A stretch of DNA of 64,000 nucleotides, from assembly GCA_934098525.1 (NCBI GenBank), contig CAKONZ010000003.1, positions 69,579-133,578 of the forward strand, read 5' to 3'. Below are positions 1 to 12,321 of this stretch, in pieces. The notes under the pieces were generated by a model. That model did not search any database. It was not told the DNA's origin and saw only the letters and a list, made by a program, of their open reading frames with translations. The stretch's first letter is position 1. Each line of letters opens with the position of its first letter. The position numbers were made by a program, and so were the translations under genes. The DNA is from an uncultured Bacilli bacterium. GTDB lineage: Bacteria > Bacillota_I > Bacilli_A > RF39 > UBA660.

Positions 1-31
1 CAATTTTAAAAAATAAAGAAGGAGAAAGAAA

Positions 32-754
32 ATGAAAGGAATCTTAGGTAGAAAAATAGGAATGACTCAAGTTTTCGGAAAAGATGGAAAACTAGTTCCT
101 GTTACTGTTATCGAAATTGAACCTAACGTTGTTACTCAAGTTAAAACAATTGAGAATGATGGTTATGAAGCTGTTCAATTAGGATATGATAACATTCGTG
201 AAAAACTTAGTAATAAAGCACTAAGTGGTCACACAAATAAAGCAAATACTGCTCCTAAGCGCTTCTTAAAAGAAATTCGTGGAGTAGAAATCAGTAATTA
301 TACTCTAGGTCAAGAAGTATGCGCTGATTTATTCGAAGCAGGAGAAATCGTTGACGTTACTGGAATCAGTAAGGGAAAAGGTTATCAAGGTGTTATTAAG
401 AAAAATAATCAACATCGTGGACCAATGGGACATGGTTCAAAATATCATAGAGGTGTAGGTTCTTTAGGAACTATGCTTCCAAAGAGAGTATTAAAAGGTA
501 AAGCATTACCAAGTCATATGGGTGCTGAACAAGTTACTATCCAAAATTTAGAAATTATTAAAGTTGATATGGAAGATAATTGTATTTTAGTAAAGGGAAG
601 TATTCCTGGAGCTAAGAAATCTTTAGTTGTTATTAAATCAGCTGTTAAGACAGGTGATAAAAAGGAAGCTTTTGATTTAATTTCTTATGTAACTGAAACA
701 CCTGAAACTGTTTCAGAGAATGTTACAGCTGAAACTGAATCATCACAAGAATAA
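32..754 (+). CDS. rplC: 50S ribosomal protein uL3, with an unusual acidic C-terminal tail of about 30 aa
   Basis: Conserved uL3 motifs and first position of the S10-operon gene order; RBS GGAGAAAG upstream. Confidence 0.93.
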   Translation: MKGILGRKIGMTQVFGKDGKLVPVTVIEIEPNVVTQVKTIENDGYEAVQLGYDNIREKLSNKALSGHTNKANTAPKRFLKEIRGVEISNYTLGQEVCADLFEAGEIVDVTGISKGKGYQGVIKKNNQHRGPMGHGSKYHRGVGSLGTMLPKRVLKGKALPSHMGAEQVTIQNLEIIKVDMEDNCILVKGSIPGAKKSLVVIKSAVKTGDKKEAFDLISYVTETPETVSENVTAETESSQE

Positions 755-798
755 TTATACTAAAAGATAGTTATTGCGATGAAAGGAGAATATAGTTT

Positions 799-1422
799 AT
801 GAAGTTAGAACTTTTAAATCAAAATGGTGAAAAAATTAAAGATATACAATTAGAAAAAGAAATTTTTGGAATAGAACCTAATGACAAGGTATTAAAGGAT
901 GCAATCGTTTTAGCACAAGCATCACTTAGACAAGGAACTGCTAAAGCAAAAACTAGAGCTGAAGTTTCTGGTGGTGGAAGAAAACCATGGAAACAAAAAG
1001 GAACAGGAAATGCTCGTCAAGGATCAATTAGAGCTGTTCAATGGGTTGGAGGCGGAATTGCTTTCGGACCAGTTCCTAGAAGTTATAGTAAAAAACAAAA
1101 TAAAAAAGAAAGAAGATTAGCTTTAAAATCTGCTTATGCATATAGAGTTAATTCTAATAGTTTAATAGTTGTAGATAAGTTAGAACTTTCTACACCAAAA
1201 ACTAAAGAAATGGTTAATGTTTTAAAACAACTTAAAGTTGAAAATGATAAAGTATTAATTATTGTTAAAGAATACAGTGAAAATGTTATTTTAGCTGCTC
1301 GTAATCTTCAAAATGTTGTTTTAGCTACTGCTAATGAAGTTGGAGTATTAGATTTAATGGCTGCTAAAAAAATAATAGTTGAAAATGCTGCATTTGAAGA
1401 AATAAAGGAGGTGCTTAAATAA
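799..1422 (+). CDS. rplD: 50S ribosomal protein uL4
   Basis: Operon order and uL4-like translation. Confidence 0.93.
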   Translation: MKLELLNQNGEKIKDIQLEKEIFGIEPNDKVLKDAIVLAQASLRQGTAKAKTRAEVSGGGRKPWKQKGTGNARQGSIRAVQWVGGGIAFGPVPRSYSKKQNKKERRLALKSAYAYRVNSNSLIVVDKLELSTPKTKEMVNVLKQLKVENDKVLIIVKEYSENVILAARNLQNVVLATANEVGVLDLMAAKKIIVENAAFEEIKEVLK

Positions 1423-1703
1423 TGAATACTAAATATTTAGAAATCATAAAGGCACCAGTTGTTACTGAAAAGGCTGCAGTTGAAGCTGAAAATAATAAGT
1501 ATAGTTTCTATGTAGATCCTAAAGCTAACAAAACTGAAATTAAATTAGCAATCGAAAAACTATTTAATGTTAAAGTTTTAGATGTTAGAACAATTAATGT
1601 TCATCCAAGAAAGAAAAGAGTAGGACGTTATACAGGTCTTACTAATCGTAGAAAAAAGGCAATTGTTACTTTGGAAAAAGGTCAAACAATTGAGTTAGGG
1701 TAA
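1422..1703 (+). CDS. rplW: 50S ribosomal protein uL23
   Basis: Operon order; 93 aa L23-like. Confidence 0.92.
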   Translation: MNTKYLEIIKAPVVTEKAAVEAENNKYSFYVDPKANKTEIKLAIEKLFNVKVLDVRTINVHPRKKRVGRYTGLTNRRKKAIVTLEKGQTIELG

Positions 1704-1716
1704 GGAGGAATAAATA

Positions 1717-2547
1717 ATGGCTATCAGAAATTATAAACCTACTACTAATGCTAGAAGAGGTATGAGTACTTTAATTAATGATGAAATTACATCTAATAAG
1801 CCTGAAAAAAGTTTACTTTCAACTTTAACTCATAAAGCTGGACGTAATAATCAAGGTAAAATTACAGTAAGACATCAAGGTGGCGGTGCTAAAAGAAAAT
1901 ATCGTATTATTGATTTTAAGAGAAATAAATTTGATATTGAAGGTACAGTTGCTACTATCGAATATGATCCAAACAGAAGTGCTAATATTGCTTTAGTAAA
2001 TTATGTTGATGGAGAAAAAAGATATATTATTGCACCTAAGGGATTAAAGGTTGGCATGAAGATTGTTTCTTCTGCTAATGCAGATATTAAAGTTGGTAAT
2101 ACTTTACCAATTCAAAATATTCCTGAAGGTACTATAATTCATAACGTTGAACTTCAACCAGGAAAAGGTGGAGAATTAGCAAGATCTGCTGGTGCTTCTG
2201 CTCAAATACTTGGTAGAGAAGGAAAATATGTTTTGATTAGATTAACTTCTGGTGAAGTTAGAAGAGTTCTTGGAACTTGTTTAGCTACAATTGGTGAAGT
2301 TGGAAATGAAGATTATTCATTAGTAAAATTAGGAAAAGCTGGACGTAAAAGACATTTAGGAATTAGACCTACAGTTCGTGGTTCTGTTATGAACCCTAAT
2401 GACCATCCACATGGTGGTGGTGAAGGTAAAGCACCAGTAGGTAGAAGTGGTCCAATGACTCCTTGGGGTAAACCTGCACTTGGTTATAAAACAAGAAAGA
2501 AAAAAGCGTCAGACAAACTTATTGTACGTCGTAGAAATGCTAAATAG
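1717..2547 (+). CDS. rplB: 50S ribosomal protein uL2
   Basis: Conserved GGGEGK and HPHGGGEG motifs. Confidence 0.95.
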   Translation: MAIRNYKPTTNARRGMSTLINDEITSNKPEKSLLSTLTHKAGRNNQGKITVRHQGGGAKRKYRIIDFKRNKFDIEGTVATIEYDPNRSANIALVNYVDGEKRYIIAPKGLKVGMKIVSSANADIKVGNTLPIQNIPEGTIIHNVELQPGKGGELARSAGASAQILGREGKYVLIRLTSGEVRRVLGTCLATIGEVGNEDYSLVKLGKAGRKRHLGIRPTVRGSVMNPNDHPHGGGEGKAPVGRSGPMTPWGKPALGYKTRKKKASDKLIVRRRNAK

Positions 2548-2564
2548 GAAAGGATTGATAGAAA

Positions 2565-2834
2565 ATGGCTAGAAGTATTAAAAAAGGACCTTATGTATTT
2601 AATAGATTATTTGATAAGGTTCAAAAAATGAATGAATCTGGAAAAAAAGAAGTAATAAAGACTTGGTCTCGCCGTTCAACAATTTTTCCTGATTTCATAG
2701 GACATACATTTGCAGTACATAATGGAAAAGATTTTATTCCTGTATATGTTACTGAAGATATGGTTGGACATAAACTTGGAGAGTTTGCTTTAACTCGTAA
2801 GTTTGGTGGACATGGAAATAAAGATAAAAAATAA
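2565..2834 (+). CDS. rpsS: 30S ribosomal protein uS19
   Basis: Operon order; MARSIKKGP start typical of S19. Confidence 0.93.
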   Translation: MARSIKKGPYVFNRLFDKVQKMNESGKKEVIKTWSRRSTIFPDFIGHTFAVHNGKDFIPVYVTEDMVGHKLGEFALTRKFGGHGNKDKK

Positions 2835-2852
2835 TCAAGGGAGGAATAAGAC

Positions 2853-3185
2853 ATGGATGTAAAAGCTATTGCTAAAAGCGTAAGAATCAGTCCAATTAAG
2901 ATTCGCCTTGTAGTTGATTTAGTTCGTGGCAAGAACGTTGATGAAGCATTGAATATTTTAAGTAATTATAATAGCAAATCTGCTAGAGTTGTTAAAAAAG
3001 TTGTTGACTCTGCAGTAAGTAATGCTGTTAATAATAATAAATTAGATAAAACTAAGCTTTATATTAAAGAAGCTAGAGTTGATCAAGCACCAACATTAAA
3101 AAGAAGGGTACCAGGATCACGTGGTTCTATTGATAAATTTTATCATAGACAATCACATGTTATCATTGTGGTATCAGAAAGATAA
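2853..3185 (+). CDS. rplV: 50S ribosomal protein uL22
   Basis: Operon order; 110 aa. Confidence 0.92.
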   Translation: MDVKAIAKSVRISPIKIRLVVDLVRGKNVDEALNILSNYNSKSARVVKKVVDSAVSNAVNNNKLDKTKLYIKEARVDQAPTLKRRVPGSRGSIDKFYHRQSHVIIVVSER

Positions 3186-3199
3186 TAGGAGGTTTATTT

Positions 3200-3859
3200 A
3201 TGGGACAAAAAGTTAATCCAACAGGACTAAGAATTGGAGTTAATAAAAATTGGGAATCAAGATGGATCGCTCCTAAAAAAGATATTGCTAAATATATAAG
3301 TAATGATATTAAAATCAGAGAATATTTAGATAAAGTTTTAAAAGATGCTGGTGTATCTAAGATTGAAATAGAAAGAACTTCTAAAAAATGTGAAGTTATT
3401 ATTCATACTTCTAAACCTGGTGTTGTTATCGGACGTGGCGGAGAAGAAATTGGAAAATTAAAACAAAAATTATCAAAATTAGTTGATGAAGATGTTCAAG
3501 TATCAATTATGGACGTTAAAAATGTAGATTTAAATGCAACATTAGTTGCTCAATCTATTGCTAAACAAATTGAGTCTAGAGCACCATTCAGAGCTGCTCA
3601 AAAGAAAGCTATCAGAACTACAATGAAAGCTGGAGCTAAGGGAGTTAAAATTTTAATTTCTGGAAGATTAAATGGTGTAGAAATGGCTAGAGCTGAAAGA
3701 TATTCAGAAGGTAATGTACCACTTCAAACAATTCGTGCTGATATAGATTACGGGTTTGCTGAAGCTTTAACTACTTATGGAAAATTAGGTATTAAAGTTT
3801 GGATTTATAAGGGTGAAATTTTACCTTCTAAATCATCTAGTAAAAAAGGAGGTAATTAA
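3200..3859 (+). CDS. rpsC: 30S ribosomal protein uS3
   Basis: MGQKVNP start and KH domain; operon order. Confidence 0.94.
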   Translation: MGQKVNPTGLRIGVNKNWESRWIAPKKDIAKYISNDIKIREYLDKVLKDAGVSKIEIERTSKKCEVIIHTSKPGVVIGRGGEEIGKLKQKLSKLVDEDVQVSIMDVKNVDLNATLVAQSIAKQIESRAPFRAAQKKAIRTTMKAGAKGVKILISGRLNGVEMARAERYSEGNVPLQTIRADIDYGFAEALTTYGKLGIKVWIYKGEILPSKSSSKKGGN

Positions 3860-3861
3860 TT

Positions 3862-4290
3862 ATGTTAATACCGTCTAGAACAAAATATAGAAGAGTTCAT
3901 AGAATCAAATATGAAGGAAAAGCAAAAGGAAATACTGAACTTCATTTTGGTGACTATGGATTAGTTGCTAAAGAAGGAGCTTGGATTACTAATAATCAAA
4001 TCGAAGCTGCTCGTATTGCTATGACACGTTATATGAAACGTGGTGGAAAAGTATGGATTAATATTTTTCCTCATATGCCTAAAACTGCTAAACCACTAGA
4101 AGTTCGTATGGGATCTGGAAAAGGTGCTGTAGATAAATGGGTTGCAGTTGTAAAAGAAGGAAAGATTATGTTTGAAATAGCAGGTGTTCCCGAAGAAGTT
4201 GCAAGAGAAGCTTTAAGACTTGCATCACATAAATTACCAATTAAAACTAAATTTATAAAAAAAGAAGATAAGGGTGGTGAAAACGCATGA
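3862..4290 (+). CDS. rplP: 50S ribosomal protein uL16
   Basis: Operon order; L16 motifs. Confidence 0.93.
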   Translation: MLIPSRTKYRRVHRIKYEGKAKGNTELHFGDYGLVAKEGAWITNNQIEAARIAMTRYMKRGGKVWINIFPHMPKTAKPLEVRMGSGKGAVDKWVAVVKEGKIMFEIAGVPEEVAREALRLASHKLPIKTKFIKKEDKGGENA

Positions 4291-4481
4291 AGTTAGAAGA
4301 GTTAAGAAAATTATCTGTTGAAGAATTAAACCAAAAAATTAAAGAATCTAAAGAAGAATTATTTAATTTGCGTTTTCAACAAGCTACTGGAAATCTTGAA
4401 AAACCAGCAAGACTAAGAGAACTAAGAAAACAAGTTGCGAAGATGAAAACTATCATTCGTGAACGCGAGTTAGAGAAGTAG
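4287..4481 (+). CDS. rpmC: 50S ribosomal protein uL29
   Basis: 64 aa; overlaps rplP stop; operon order. Confidence 0.9.
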   Translation: MKLEELRKLSVEELNQKIKESKEELFNLRFQQATGNLEKPARLRELRKQVAKMKTIIRERELEK

Positions 4482-4492
4482 GAGGATAACAT

Positions 4493-4753
4493 ATGAAAGA
4501 TACTGTTAAAAAAGAATTCGTTGGTAGAGTTGTAAGCGACAAAAATGATAAAACTATTACTGTATTAGTAGAAACATATAAGAAACATCCTAAATACGGT
4601 AAAAGAGTTAAATATAGTAAAAAATATACTGCTCATGATGAGACTAATAAAGCTAAAGTTGGAGATAAGGTAAGAATAGTTGAAACTAGACCTTTATCTA
4701 AGACTAAAAGATTCTATTTAGCTGAAGTAGTTGAAAAAAGAGTTGTATTATAG
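4493..4753 (+). CDS. rpsQ: 30S ribosomal protein uS17
   Basis: Operon order; 86 aa. Confidence 0.92.
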   Translation: MKDTVKKEFVGRVVSDKNDKTITVLVETYKKHPKYGKRVKYSKKYTAHDETNKAKVGDKVRIVETRPLSKTKRFYLAEVVEKRVVL

Positions 4754-4771
4754 TACTAAGGAGGAATAGAC

Positions 4772-5140
4772 ATGGTTCAACAAGAAACACGTTTAAAAGT
4801 TGCTGATAACTCAGGAGCTCGTGAAGTATTAGTTATTAGAGTACTTGGTGGAAGTAAAGTTAAATTTGGTAATATTGGTGATGTAGTAGTTGCTACAGTA
4901 AAAAAAGCTATACCTAATGGTACAGTTAAAAAAGGTAAAGTTGTTAAAGCTGTTATAGTAAGATCTGTTCAAGGTGTAAGAAGAGATGATGGATCTTATA
5001 TTAAATTTGATGATAATGCATGTGTATTAATTAAAGATGATAAATCACCTGTTGGTACTCGTGTATTTGGTCCAGTTGCTAGAGAATTACGTGATAGAGA
5101 TTATATGAAGATCGTTTCTTTAGCAAAAGAAGTATTATAG
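4772..5140 (+). CDS. rplN: 50S ribosomal protein uL14
   Basis: Conserved L14 sequence. Confidence 0.94.
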   Translation: MVQQETRLKVADNSGAREVLVIRVLGGSKVKFGNIGDVVVATVKKAIPNGTVKKGKVVKAVIVRSVQGVRRDDGSYIKFDDNACVLIKDDKSPVGTRVFGPVARELRDRDYMKIVSLAKEVL

Positions 5141-5149
5141 GAGGATGTT

Positions 5150-5461
5150 ATGAAACTAAAAGTTGGAGACAAAGTTAGAGTAATGGTTGGAAAAGATAAA
5201 GGAAAAGAAGGCAAAATTACTCATACATTTAAAGATGAAAATAAAGTTATCATTGAAGGTATCAATTTAGTAAAGAAACATAAGAAACCTAATAATGCTA
5301 ATGAAACTGGTGGAATTATTGAAACTGAAGCTAAGATTGATGCTTCTAACGTAATGATAATTGATAAAAAAACAAATAAACCTACAAGAATTTATCATGA
5401 TGTTGATTCTAAAACAAATAAAAAAGTTAGAGTGAGTAAAGCTCACGAAAAACTTGATTAA
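5150..5461 (+). CDS. rplX: 50S ribosomal protein uL24
   Basis: Operon order; KOW motif. Confidence 0.92.
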   Translation: MKLKVGDKVRVMVGKDKGKEGKITHTFKDENKVIIEGINLVKKHKKPNNANETGGIIETEAKIDASNVMIIDKKTNKPTRIYHDVDSKTNKKVRVSKAHEKLD

Positions 5462-5479
5462 TTGGAAGGAGGGTAATAT

Positions 5480-6019
5480 ATGAACCGCCTAAAAGAAAAA
5501 TATGTAAAGGAAATCGTTCCTAGTTTAAAAGAAAAATTCAATTATAAATCAGTTATGCAAGTACCAAAACTTGAAAAGATAGTTATTAATATTGGTGCTG
5601 GTGATGCTTCTCATAATTCAAAATTATTGGAAGCATGCGTTAATGATTTATTAACTATTACTGGACAAAGACCAGTAGTTACAAAAGCTCATAAATCAAT
5701 AGCAGGTTTTAAACTTCGTGAAGGTCAACATGTTGGTTGTAAAGTAACTTTAAGAGGAGAAAATATGTATACTTTCTTAGATAAGTTAATTTCTGTTTCA
5801 CTTCCACGTGTTAGAGATTTTAGAGGTTTATCACCAAAAGCATTTGATGGAAGAGGAAATTATACTATTGGAATTAAAGAACAATTAGTATTTCCAGAAA
5901 TTGAATTTGATAGTGTTGTAAAGGTAAGAGGTATGGATGTAGTATTAGTTACTACTGCTAATTCTAATGATGAAGCTTATGAATTATTAAAAGAATTAGG
6001 AATTCCTTTTAGAAAGTAA
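5480..6019 (+). CDS. rplE: 50S ribosomal protein uL5
   Basis: Conserved L5 sequence. Confidence 0.94.
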   Translation: MNRLKEKYVKEIVPSLKEKFNYKSVMQVPKLEKIVINIGAGDASHNSKLLEACVNDLLTITGQRPVVTKAHKSIAGFKLREGQHVGCKVTLRGENMYTFLDKLISVSLPRVRDFRGLSPKAFDGRGNYTIGIKEQLVFPEIEFDSVVKVRGMDVVLVTTANSNDEAYELLKELGIPFRK

Positions 6020-6031
6020 TCGGAGGAAATT

Positions 6032-6217
6032 ATGGCTAAGAAGAGTATGATAGCGAAAGCTAATAAAACACAAAAATTTAAAGTACGTGAGTATACTCGT
6101 TGTAATAGATGTGGTAGACCTCATGGTGTACTTAGAAAATATGGTCTTTGTCGTATTTGCTTTAGAGAATTGGCAAGTAAGGGACAAATTCCTGGAGTAA
6201 AAAAATCAAGTTGGTAA
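6032..6217 (+). CDS. rpsZ: 30S ribosomal protein uS14, zinc-ribbon type Z (61 aa)
   Basis: CNRCGRPHG...CRIC zinc-binding motif; located between rplE and rpsH. Confidence 0.93.
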   Translation: MAKKSMIAKANKTQKFKVREYTRCNRCGRPHGVLRKYGLCRICFRELASKGQIPGVKKSSW

Positions 6218-6238
6218 CAGGAAAAGGAGGAATTTATT

Positions 6239-6625
6239 ATGGTAGTAACAGATCCAATTGCAGATATGCTTACAAGAATTCGTAATGCTAATGCAATGAA
6301 ATATAAAGAAGTATCAATGCCTGTATCAAAAGTTAAAGTTGAAATTGCTAAAATATTAAAAAACGAAGGTTTTGTTGAAGATTATAAAGTTGAAGATGGT
6401 ATTCTTACTTTGACTTTAAAATATACAAGTAAAAAAGAAAGGGTTATAACTGGACTTAAACGTATTTCTAAACCAGGATTAAGAGTTTATGCTAAAAATG
6501 ATGAAATACCAAAAGTATTAAATGGTTTTGGTATAGCTATCGTTTCTACTTCTAAAGGTATTATGACTGATAAAGAAGCTAGAAAAGAAAATCTTGGTGG
6601 CGAAGTAATGGCTTATATCTGGTAA
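6239..6625 (+). CDS. rpsH: 30S ribosomal protein uS8
   Basis: Operon order; S8 motifs. Confidence 0.93.
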   Translation: MVVTDPIADMLTRIRNANAMKYKEVSMPVSKVKVEIAKILKNEGFVEDYKVEDGILTLTLKYTSKKERVITGLKRISKPGLRVYAKNDEIPKVLNGFGIAIVSTSKGIMTDKEARKENLGGEVMAYIW

Positions 6626-6637
6626 TAGGTGATAACT

Positions 6638-7174
6638 ATGAGTCGTATAGGAAATAGAATTTTAGCAATTCCTGAAAATGTTACAGTTAATGTAAATGAT
6701 AATTTAGTTACTGTAAAAGGAGCTAAGGGTGAATTAAGTTTACCTGTTAATAGTTTAGTTTCAGTAGAAGTTAAAGATAATACAGTTGTTGTTACTAGAA
6801 AAAATGAAACAATTCCTGCTAAACAAATTCATGGAACTACTAATGCTAACATTCATAATATGTTAGTTGGTGTTTCAGAAGGCTATACAAAAGGACTTGA
6901 AATTGTTGGTGTTGGTTACAAATTTATTCTTAAAGGTGATAAGTTAGTAATTAATGCTGGGTATTCTCATCCAGTTGAACTTGAAATTCCTAATGGTATT
7001 AAAGTAGAAGCTAAGAGTAATACTGAAATTTCTTTATCTGGATGTGATAAAGTTTTAGTAGGAGAATTTGCGGCTGATGTTCGTAAGGTAAGAAAACCTG
7101 AACCATATAAAGGAAAAGGTATTCGTTATGCTGGTGAACATATAAGACGTAAGGAAGGTAAAAAGGCTAAATAG
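6638..7174 (+). CDS. rplF: 50S ribosomal protein uL6
   Basis: ATG at 6638 preceded by AGGTGA; the track's GTG at 6629 over-extends the start. Confidence 0.9.
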   Translation: MSRIGNRILAIPENVTVNVNDNLVTVKGAKGELSLPVNSLVSVEVKDNTVVVTRKNETIPAKQIHGTTNANIHNMLVGVSEGYTKGLEIVGVGYKFILKGDKLVINAGYSHPVELEIPNGIKVEAKSNTEISLSGCDKVLVGEFAADVRKVRKPEPYKGKGIRYAGEHIRRKEGKKAK

Positions 7175-7191
7175 TAGGTAGGAGGATAAGT

Positions 7192-7539
7192 ATGATAAGA
7201 AAAGAATCACGCAATGAAATGCGTTTAGTAAGACATGAGAGAATTAGAAAACAAATTAGTGGTACTAAAGATATACCAAGACTTAGTGTTTATCGTTCAA
7301 ATAAAAATATTTATGCTCAACTAATTGATGATGAAAATGGCGTTACTTTAGCTAGTGCATCTTCTTTAAATATGGAAGGAAACAACAAGGAAATAGCTGC
7401 AAAAGTAGGAGAAGCAATTGCTGATTTAGCAAAAAAGAAAAAAATTACAAAAGTTGTATTTGATCGTGGAGGATATCTTTATCATGGACGTGTAGCTGCT
7501 TTAGCAGATGCTGCTCGTTCTAAAGGTTTAGAATTCTAG
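7192..7539 (+). CDS. rplR: 50S ribosomal protein uL18
   Basis: Operon order. Confidence 0.92.
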   Translation: MIRKESRNEMRLVRHERIRKQISGTKDIPRLSVYRSNKNIYAQLIDDENGVTLASASSLNMEGNNKEIAAKVGEAIADLAKKKKITKVVFDRGGYLYHGRVAALADAARSKGLEF

Positions 7540-7551
7540 TAGGAGGATAAC

Positions 7552-8061
7552 ATGGAAAAGAAAAAGTTTAATAAACCTGCTAAAACTCTAGATGAAATAA
7601 TTTTAGATACTAAGGCTGTTGTAAAAGTTACAAAAGGTGGTCGTCAAAGAAGATTTCAAGCTGTTGTTTTAGTTGGAGATAAGAAAGGTCTTGTAGGATT
7701 AGGAACTGGTAAGGCTAATGAAATATCTGAAGCAGTTAAAAAAGCAAGACAAGAAGCTAATAAAAATGTAGTTAGAATTCCTGTAGTTGAAGGAAGAACA
7801 ATTCCACATGAAATAGTTGGTGTTAAAGGTGCAACAAGAGTTGTAATCAAACCAGCAACAGCAGGTACTGGATTAGTAGCTGGTGGAGCTGTAAGATCAG
7901 TTCTTGAAATTGCTGGATACCATGACATTATTTCTAAATCACTTGGTTCTAGAACAAAGATTAATATGGCTAGAGCTACACTTAGTGCATTACAATCATT
8001 AAAAACAATTGATGAAGTTTGTGAAGCACGTGGAAAATCTAAAGAGGAGATATTAGGATAA
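7552..8061 (+). CDS. rpsE: 30S ribosomal protein uS5
   Basis: Conserved S5 domains. Confidence 0.94.
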   Translation: MEKKKFNKPAKTLDEIILDTKAVVKVTKGGRQRRFQAVVLVGDKKGLVGLGTGKANEISEAVKKARQEANKNVVRIPVVEGRTIPHEIVGVKGATRVVIKPATAGTGLVAGGAVRSVLEIAGYHDIISKSLGSRTKINMARATLSALQSLKTIDEVCEARGKSKEEILG

Positions 8062-8504
8062 TGGAATTACATGAATTAAAGAAAAACGAAGGTGCTACTT
8101 TCTCTCGTAAAAGAGTTGGTCGTGGTACTGGTAGTGGTTTAGGAAAAACAAGTGGAAAAGGTCAAAAAGGACAAAAATCAAGAAGTGGAGCTTCAATTAA
8201 TCCAGTTTTTGAAGGTGGACAATCACCATTATATAGAAGACTACATAAAAGAGGATTTTCTAATGCTCAATTTAAAATTAGATATGCTTCAATAAATGTT
8301 GAAGATTTAAATGTATTTAATGATGGAGATATAGTTACTCCTGAATTATTAAAAGAAAATGGTATTGTTAAAAAACAATTATCAGGTATTAAAGTATTAG
8401 GAAATGGTACTTTAAATAAAAAATTAACAGTTAGAGCTCATAGATTTAGTTCTAGTGCTTTAAAGAAGATTGAAGAATCAGGAAGTAAAGCTGAGGTGAT
8501 TTAA
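8061..8504 (+). CDS. rplO: 50S ribosomal protein uL15; no rpmD (L30) gene lies between rpsE and rplO
   Basis: L15 glycine-rich N-terminus; directly abuts the rpsE stop. Confidence 0.93.
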   Translation: MELHELKKNEGATFSRKRVGRGTGSGLGKTSGKGQKGQKSRSGASINPVFEGGQSPLYRRLHKRGFSNAQFKIRYASINVEDLNVFNDGDIVTPELLKENGIVKKQLSGIKVLGNGTLNKKLTVRAHRFSSSALKKIEESGSKAEVI

Positions 8505-8505
8505 G

Positions 8506-9783
8506 ATGTTTAAGATTCTTAAACAACTATTCACTAAAAAGAATAAGGATATAAGAAAAAGATTATATTTTACAATAGCAGTTTTAACAATATTTATTAT
8601 TGGTACTACTATTGAAGTTCCTGGCACACAATCTATTACTAAAAATTTAGGCTTTTTAGAGTTACTTAATGTTATGGGTGGAGGTGCCTTAAAGAATTTT
8701 TCTATATTTGCTTTAGGGGTTTCACCTTATATCACTGCTTCCATTATAATTCAATTATTAGAAATGGATATTATACCTTATTTTTCTGAACTTGCTAAAC
8801 AAGGACATACTGGACAACAAAAGTTAAATCAAATCACAAGATATGTTGGTATTGTATTTGCTTTTATTCAAGGTTATGCTATGAGTTATGCATTTCTTGG
8901 TAAAAATTTTGGTGTTTTAGGATATTTGGAAGTAGCATTAATAATGACTGCTGGTACAGCATTCTTATTATGGCTAGGTGATCAAGTAACACAAAAAGGT
9001 TTAGGTAATGGTACTTCATTAATTATTATGGCTGGTATTATTACTTCATTACCAAGTATGATGAAAACTGCTTTTTCTACTTTAGTTGATTTTGGTACTA
9101 CTAAAACAACAATTGTAGGATTATCTGCTTTTCTATTATTTATACTAGTTTATATATTGGTAATTATTGGTGTTATATATATAGAGGGTGCTGAAAGAAG
9201 AATTTCCATTCAGTATGCTAATAAATCTACTGCAAGTTTAGGTAAACAAACATATATGCCTATAAAGATTAACTCTGCAGGAGTTATGCCTGTTATATTT
9301 GCTTCAAGTTTATTAGCAGTTCCTGCTACAATTGCTCAATTTATTAATAAAGAAGGTTTTTCTAATTTTGTTGATAAATATTTAGATTATACTAAGCCAG
9401 TAGGTTTTATATTATTTGTAGTATTAATATTATTTTTTGCTTATTTTTATACATTTATTCAAATGAAACCTGATCAAATGGCAAAGAATTTACAAGATAA
9501 TGGTGGTTATGTTCCTGGAGTTAGACCTGGAGAGGCTACTACTAAGTATTTTTCACAAGTTTTAAGTAGATTAACAATTGTAGGTGCATTTTTCTTAACA
9601 ATTTTAGCTGCTTTGCCTATTTTAGTTAACGCATTTACTTCTTTACCATCTACAGTTTCTTTAGGTGGTACAGGGTTATTGATTGTTGTAGGTGTTGCTA
9701 TTGAAACTTATAAACAATTAGAAAGTAGTTTGTTGAGTAGAGAATACTCAGTTAATAAAAATAATAGAAGGGCGAGACGTTAA
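8506..9783 (+). CDS. secY: Protein translocase subunit SecY
   Basis: Ten-TM SecY-like translation; located after rplO. Confidence 0.94.
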   Translation: MFKILKQLFTKKNKDIRKRLYFTIAVLTIFIIGTTIEVPGTQSITKNLGFLELLNVMGGGALKNFSIFALGVSPYITASIIIQLLEMDIIPYFSELAKQGHTGQQKLNQITRYVGIVFAFIQGYAMSYAFLGKNFGVLGYLEVALIMTAGTAFLLWLGDQVTQKGLGNGTSLIIMAGIITSLPSMMKTAFSTLVDFGTTKTTIVGLSAFLLFILVYILVIIGVIYIEGAERRISIQYANKSTASLGKQTYMPIKINSAGVMPVIFASSLLAVPATIAQFINKEGFSNFVDKYLDYTKPVGFILFVVLILFFAYFYTFIQMKPDQMAKNLQDNGGYVPGVRPGEATTKYFSQVLSRLTIVGAFFLTILAALPILVNAFTSLPSTVSLGGTGLLIVVGVAIETYKQLESSLLSREYSVNKNNRRARR

Positions 9784-10415
9784 TGAAAAATATTATTTTA
9801 ATTGCCCCACCAGCTGCTGGTAAGGGAACTTTGGCTAATATGCTTGCTTCTGAGTATGGATATATTAGTTTATCTACTGGTGATATGCTAAGAGATTTAG
9901 CTAAACAAGATGAAAAATTAAGTGAAGAGTTAAAGACAGGTAAGTTAATTGATGATGATACTGTTTTTAAAGCTTTAGAAAATAAATTGGATTCATTAGG
10001 AGATACTCCATATATTTTGGATGGTTTTCCTAGAACAGTTAAACAAGCTGAAATGTATGATAATTTATTAAGTAACAAAAATAGAGATTTAGGTGTTGTT
10101 ATTTATTTAGATGTTGATAAAGAAGTTTTATTAAGTAGGGTTACTACAAGATTAGTATGTCCTGTTTGTAAAAGATCTTATTCTACAATAAATAAAGACC
10201 TTTTACCTAAAGATGGTAATTTGTGTTATGATTGTAATGTTTCTTTAATACAAAGATCTGATGATAAAAAGGAAACTTTTGAACAAAGATATGATGAATA
10301 TTTAGAGAAAACATCACCATTAATAAATTATTATGAATCTAAAAATTTATTATTTAAAATTAATGCTATTGATTCTAAAGAGACATTTAAAGAAGCTGTT
10401 AAGATAATTAAGTAA
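9783..10415 (+). CDS. adk: Adenylate kinase with zinc-binding lid
   Basis: GxPGAGKGT P-loop and CPVC...CYDC lid. Confidence 0.94.
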   Translation: MKNIILIAPPAAGKGTLANMLASEYGYISLSTGDMLRDLAKQDEKLSEELKTGKLIDDDTVFKALENKLDSLGDTPYILDGFPRTVKQAEMYDNLLSNKNRDLGVVIYLDVDKEVLLSRVTTRLVCPVCKRSYSTINKDLLPKDGNLCYDCNVSLIQRSDDKKETFEQRYDEYLEKTSPLINYYESKNLLFKINAIDSKETFKEAVKIIK

Positions 10416-10416
10416 G

Positions 10417-11190
10417 GTGATTGATTTGATTAGTATTAAGAGTGATAGAGAAGTTGAACTTTTAGCAATTGCAGGTAATATTGTTTATCAAACTCATCAA
10501 TATTTGAAGGACTTTATTAAACCTGGAATTACTACTAAAGAGTTAGATGATTTGGCTGAAAAGTTTATATTAAGTAAGAACGCTACTCCATCTTTTAAAG
10601 GGTATGAAGGTTTTCCTGCTAGTATATGTACTAGTATAAATGAGCAAGTTGTTCATGGTATTCCTGGAAATACCCGTTTAAAAGAAGGTGATATAATTTC
10701 TATTGATATTGGTGCTTGTTATAAAGGTTATCATGGTGATTCTGCTTGGACTTATCCAGTAGGAAAAGTTAGTGATGATTTAAAATATTTAATGAAACAT
10801 ACTGAGGAATCATTATTTAAAGGTTTAGAACAAGTAAAACCAGGAAATAGAATTGGTGATATTTCTTCTGCTATTGAAGAATGGGCAGAAAAATATAATT
10901 TGGGCGTTGTTAAAGAATTGGTTGGTCATGGAGTTGGTACCAGTGTCCATGAAGATCCTGATGTTCCTAATTATGGAAGAAAAATTACTGGTCCAAAATT
11001 AAAAAAAGGCATGGTTATTGCAATAGAACCTATGCTAACATTAGGTAGTCCAGATATTGTTGTTTTAGAAGACAATTGGACTATTGAAACAGAAGATTAT
11101 AGTCCATCAGCACATTTTGAACACACAGTAGTTGTTACTGATGATGGATACAAAATTTTGACAGGAGTGTTGATAAATGGCAAAGAGTGA
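10417..11190 (+). CDS. map: Methionine aminopeptidase type I
   Basis: MetAP fold residues; GTG start. Confidence 0.92.
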   Translation: MIDLISIKSDREVELLAIAGNIVYQTHQYLKDFIKPGITTKELDDLAEKFILSKNATPSFKGYEGFPASICTSINEQVVHGIPGNTRLKEGDIISIDIGACYKGYHGDSAWTYPVGKVSDDLKYLMKHTEESLFKGLEQVKPGNRIGDISSAIEEWAEKYNLGVVKELVGHGVGTSVHEDPDVPNYGRKITGPKLKKGMVIAIEPMLTLGSPDIVVLEDNWTIETEDYSPSAHFEHTVVVTDDGYKILTGVLINGKE

Positions 11191-11392
11191 TGTAATCGAA
11201 GTAGAGGGAAAAGTTCTTGAAGTTATTCCAGGTGGAAGCTTCAAAGTTGAATTAAGTAATGGTCATATAATAGAAGCTCACGTTTCTGGTAAAATGCGAC
11301 TAAACTATATTCGTATTTCACCGGGTGATAAGGTTATGATCGAACTTTCTCCATATGATTTAACACGTGGGCGTATAACCTATAGAAAGTAG
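11177..11392 (+). CDS. infA: Translation initiation factor IF-1
   Basis: [11 protein letters not shown] motif; S1-like. Confidence 0.93.
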   Translation: MAKSDVIEVEGKVLEVIPGGSFKVELSNGHIIEAHVSGKMRLNYIRISPGDKVMIELSPYDLTRGRITYRK

Positions 11393-11402
11393 GAGGGAAA
11401 TT

Positions 11403-11516
11403 ATGAAAGTAAAACCATCTGTAAAGAAAATTTGTGCAAAATGTAGAATTATTAAACGTAAGGGAAAAATCATGGTAATTTGTGAAAATCCAAAACACAA
11501 ACAAACTCAAGGTTAA
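11403..11516 (+). CDS. rpmJ: 50S ribosomal protein bL36 (37 aa); absent from the ORF track
   Basis: Translated by eye: [37 protein letters not shown], zinc ribbon; GGAGGGAAA RBS. Confidence 0.9.
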   Translation: MKVKPSVKKICAKCRIIKRKGKIMVICENPKHKQTQG

Positions 11517-11531
11517 TAAGGAGGAAAAGTA

Positions 11532-11897
11532 ATGGCACGTATTAAAGGTGTAGAAATACCAAATGAAAAAAAGATCAAAGTTTCATTAACTTATATTTAT
11601 GGTATTGGTCCAAAAACAGCAGAAAAGATTTTAAATGTTGTTAAAGTTGATGGAGAAAAAAGAACTAAAGATTTGTCTAATGAAGAATTAGGTTTAATTC
11701 GTGATGAATTAGCTAATTATGTTACTGAAGGTGATTTAAGAAGAGAAGTTTCTATGAACATTAAAACTAAGATGGAAATAGGTTCTTACCAAGGAATTCG
11801 TCATCGTAAAGGTTTACCAGTAAGAGGACAAAGAACAAATAGAAATGCCAGAACTCGTAAGGGTAAAGGTAAAGTTGTTGCTAATAAAAAGAAATAA
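11532..11897 (+). CDS. rpsM: 30S ribosomal protein uS13
   Basis: [10 protein letters not shown] start. Confidence 0.94.
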   Translation: MARIKGVEIPNEKKIKVSLTYIYGIGPKTAEKILNVVKVDGEKRTKDLSNEELGLIRDELANYVTEGDLRREVSMNIKTKMEIGSYQGIRHRKGLPVRGQRTNRNARTRKGKGKVVANKKK

Positions 11898-11918
11898 TAG
11901 GTTTAAGGAGGTTAAACT

Positions 11919-12302
11919 ATGGCTTATAAACAAAGAAAAAGAAAAGTTAAGAAAAACATTCCTGAAGGTGTTGCTCATATTCATGCAACCTTCAATAATA
12001 CAATAACTACTATTACTGATAAAGAAGGTAACGTTGTAGCATGGGCTTCTTCTGGAGCAATTGGTTTTAAAGGTAGTAAAAAATCTACTCCATTTGCAGC
12101 TGGTCAAGCTGCTGAAAAAGCTGGAAAAATGGCTTTTGATTCAGGTATGAGAAAAGTTGAAGTAGTTGTTAAGGGTGTTGGTCCAGGAAGAGAAACTGCT
12201 ATTAGATCATTACAAACTTCTGGGTTAGAGGTAACATCAATTACTGATGTAACTCCTATTCCACATAATGGATGTCGTCCACCAAAAAGACCACGTAATT
12301 AA
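11919..12302 (+). CDS. rpsK: 30S ribosomal protein uS11
   Basis: Conserved S11 sequence. Confidence 0.94.
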   Translation: MAYKQRKRKVKKNIPEGVAHIHATFNNTITTITDKEGNVVAWASSGAIGFKGSKKSTPFAAGQAAEKAGKMAFDSGMRKVEVVVKGVGPGRETAIRSLQTSGLEVTSITDVTPIPHNGCRPPKRPRN

Positions 12303-12321
12303 TGAAAAGGAGGGTAAGTAA

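Noticed and set aside
2621-2932. Antisense ORFs inside the ribosomal operon and ABC/sigma genes (2621-2932, 5996-6187, 7656-7928, 9752-10078, 11814-12107, 14669-14866, 15981-16190, 17001-17570, 18967-19626, 24115-25083)
   Set aside because: They overlap highly conserved sense-strand genes, have low-complexity composition and no RBS.
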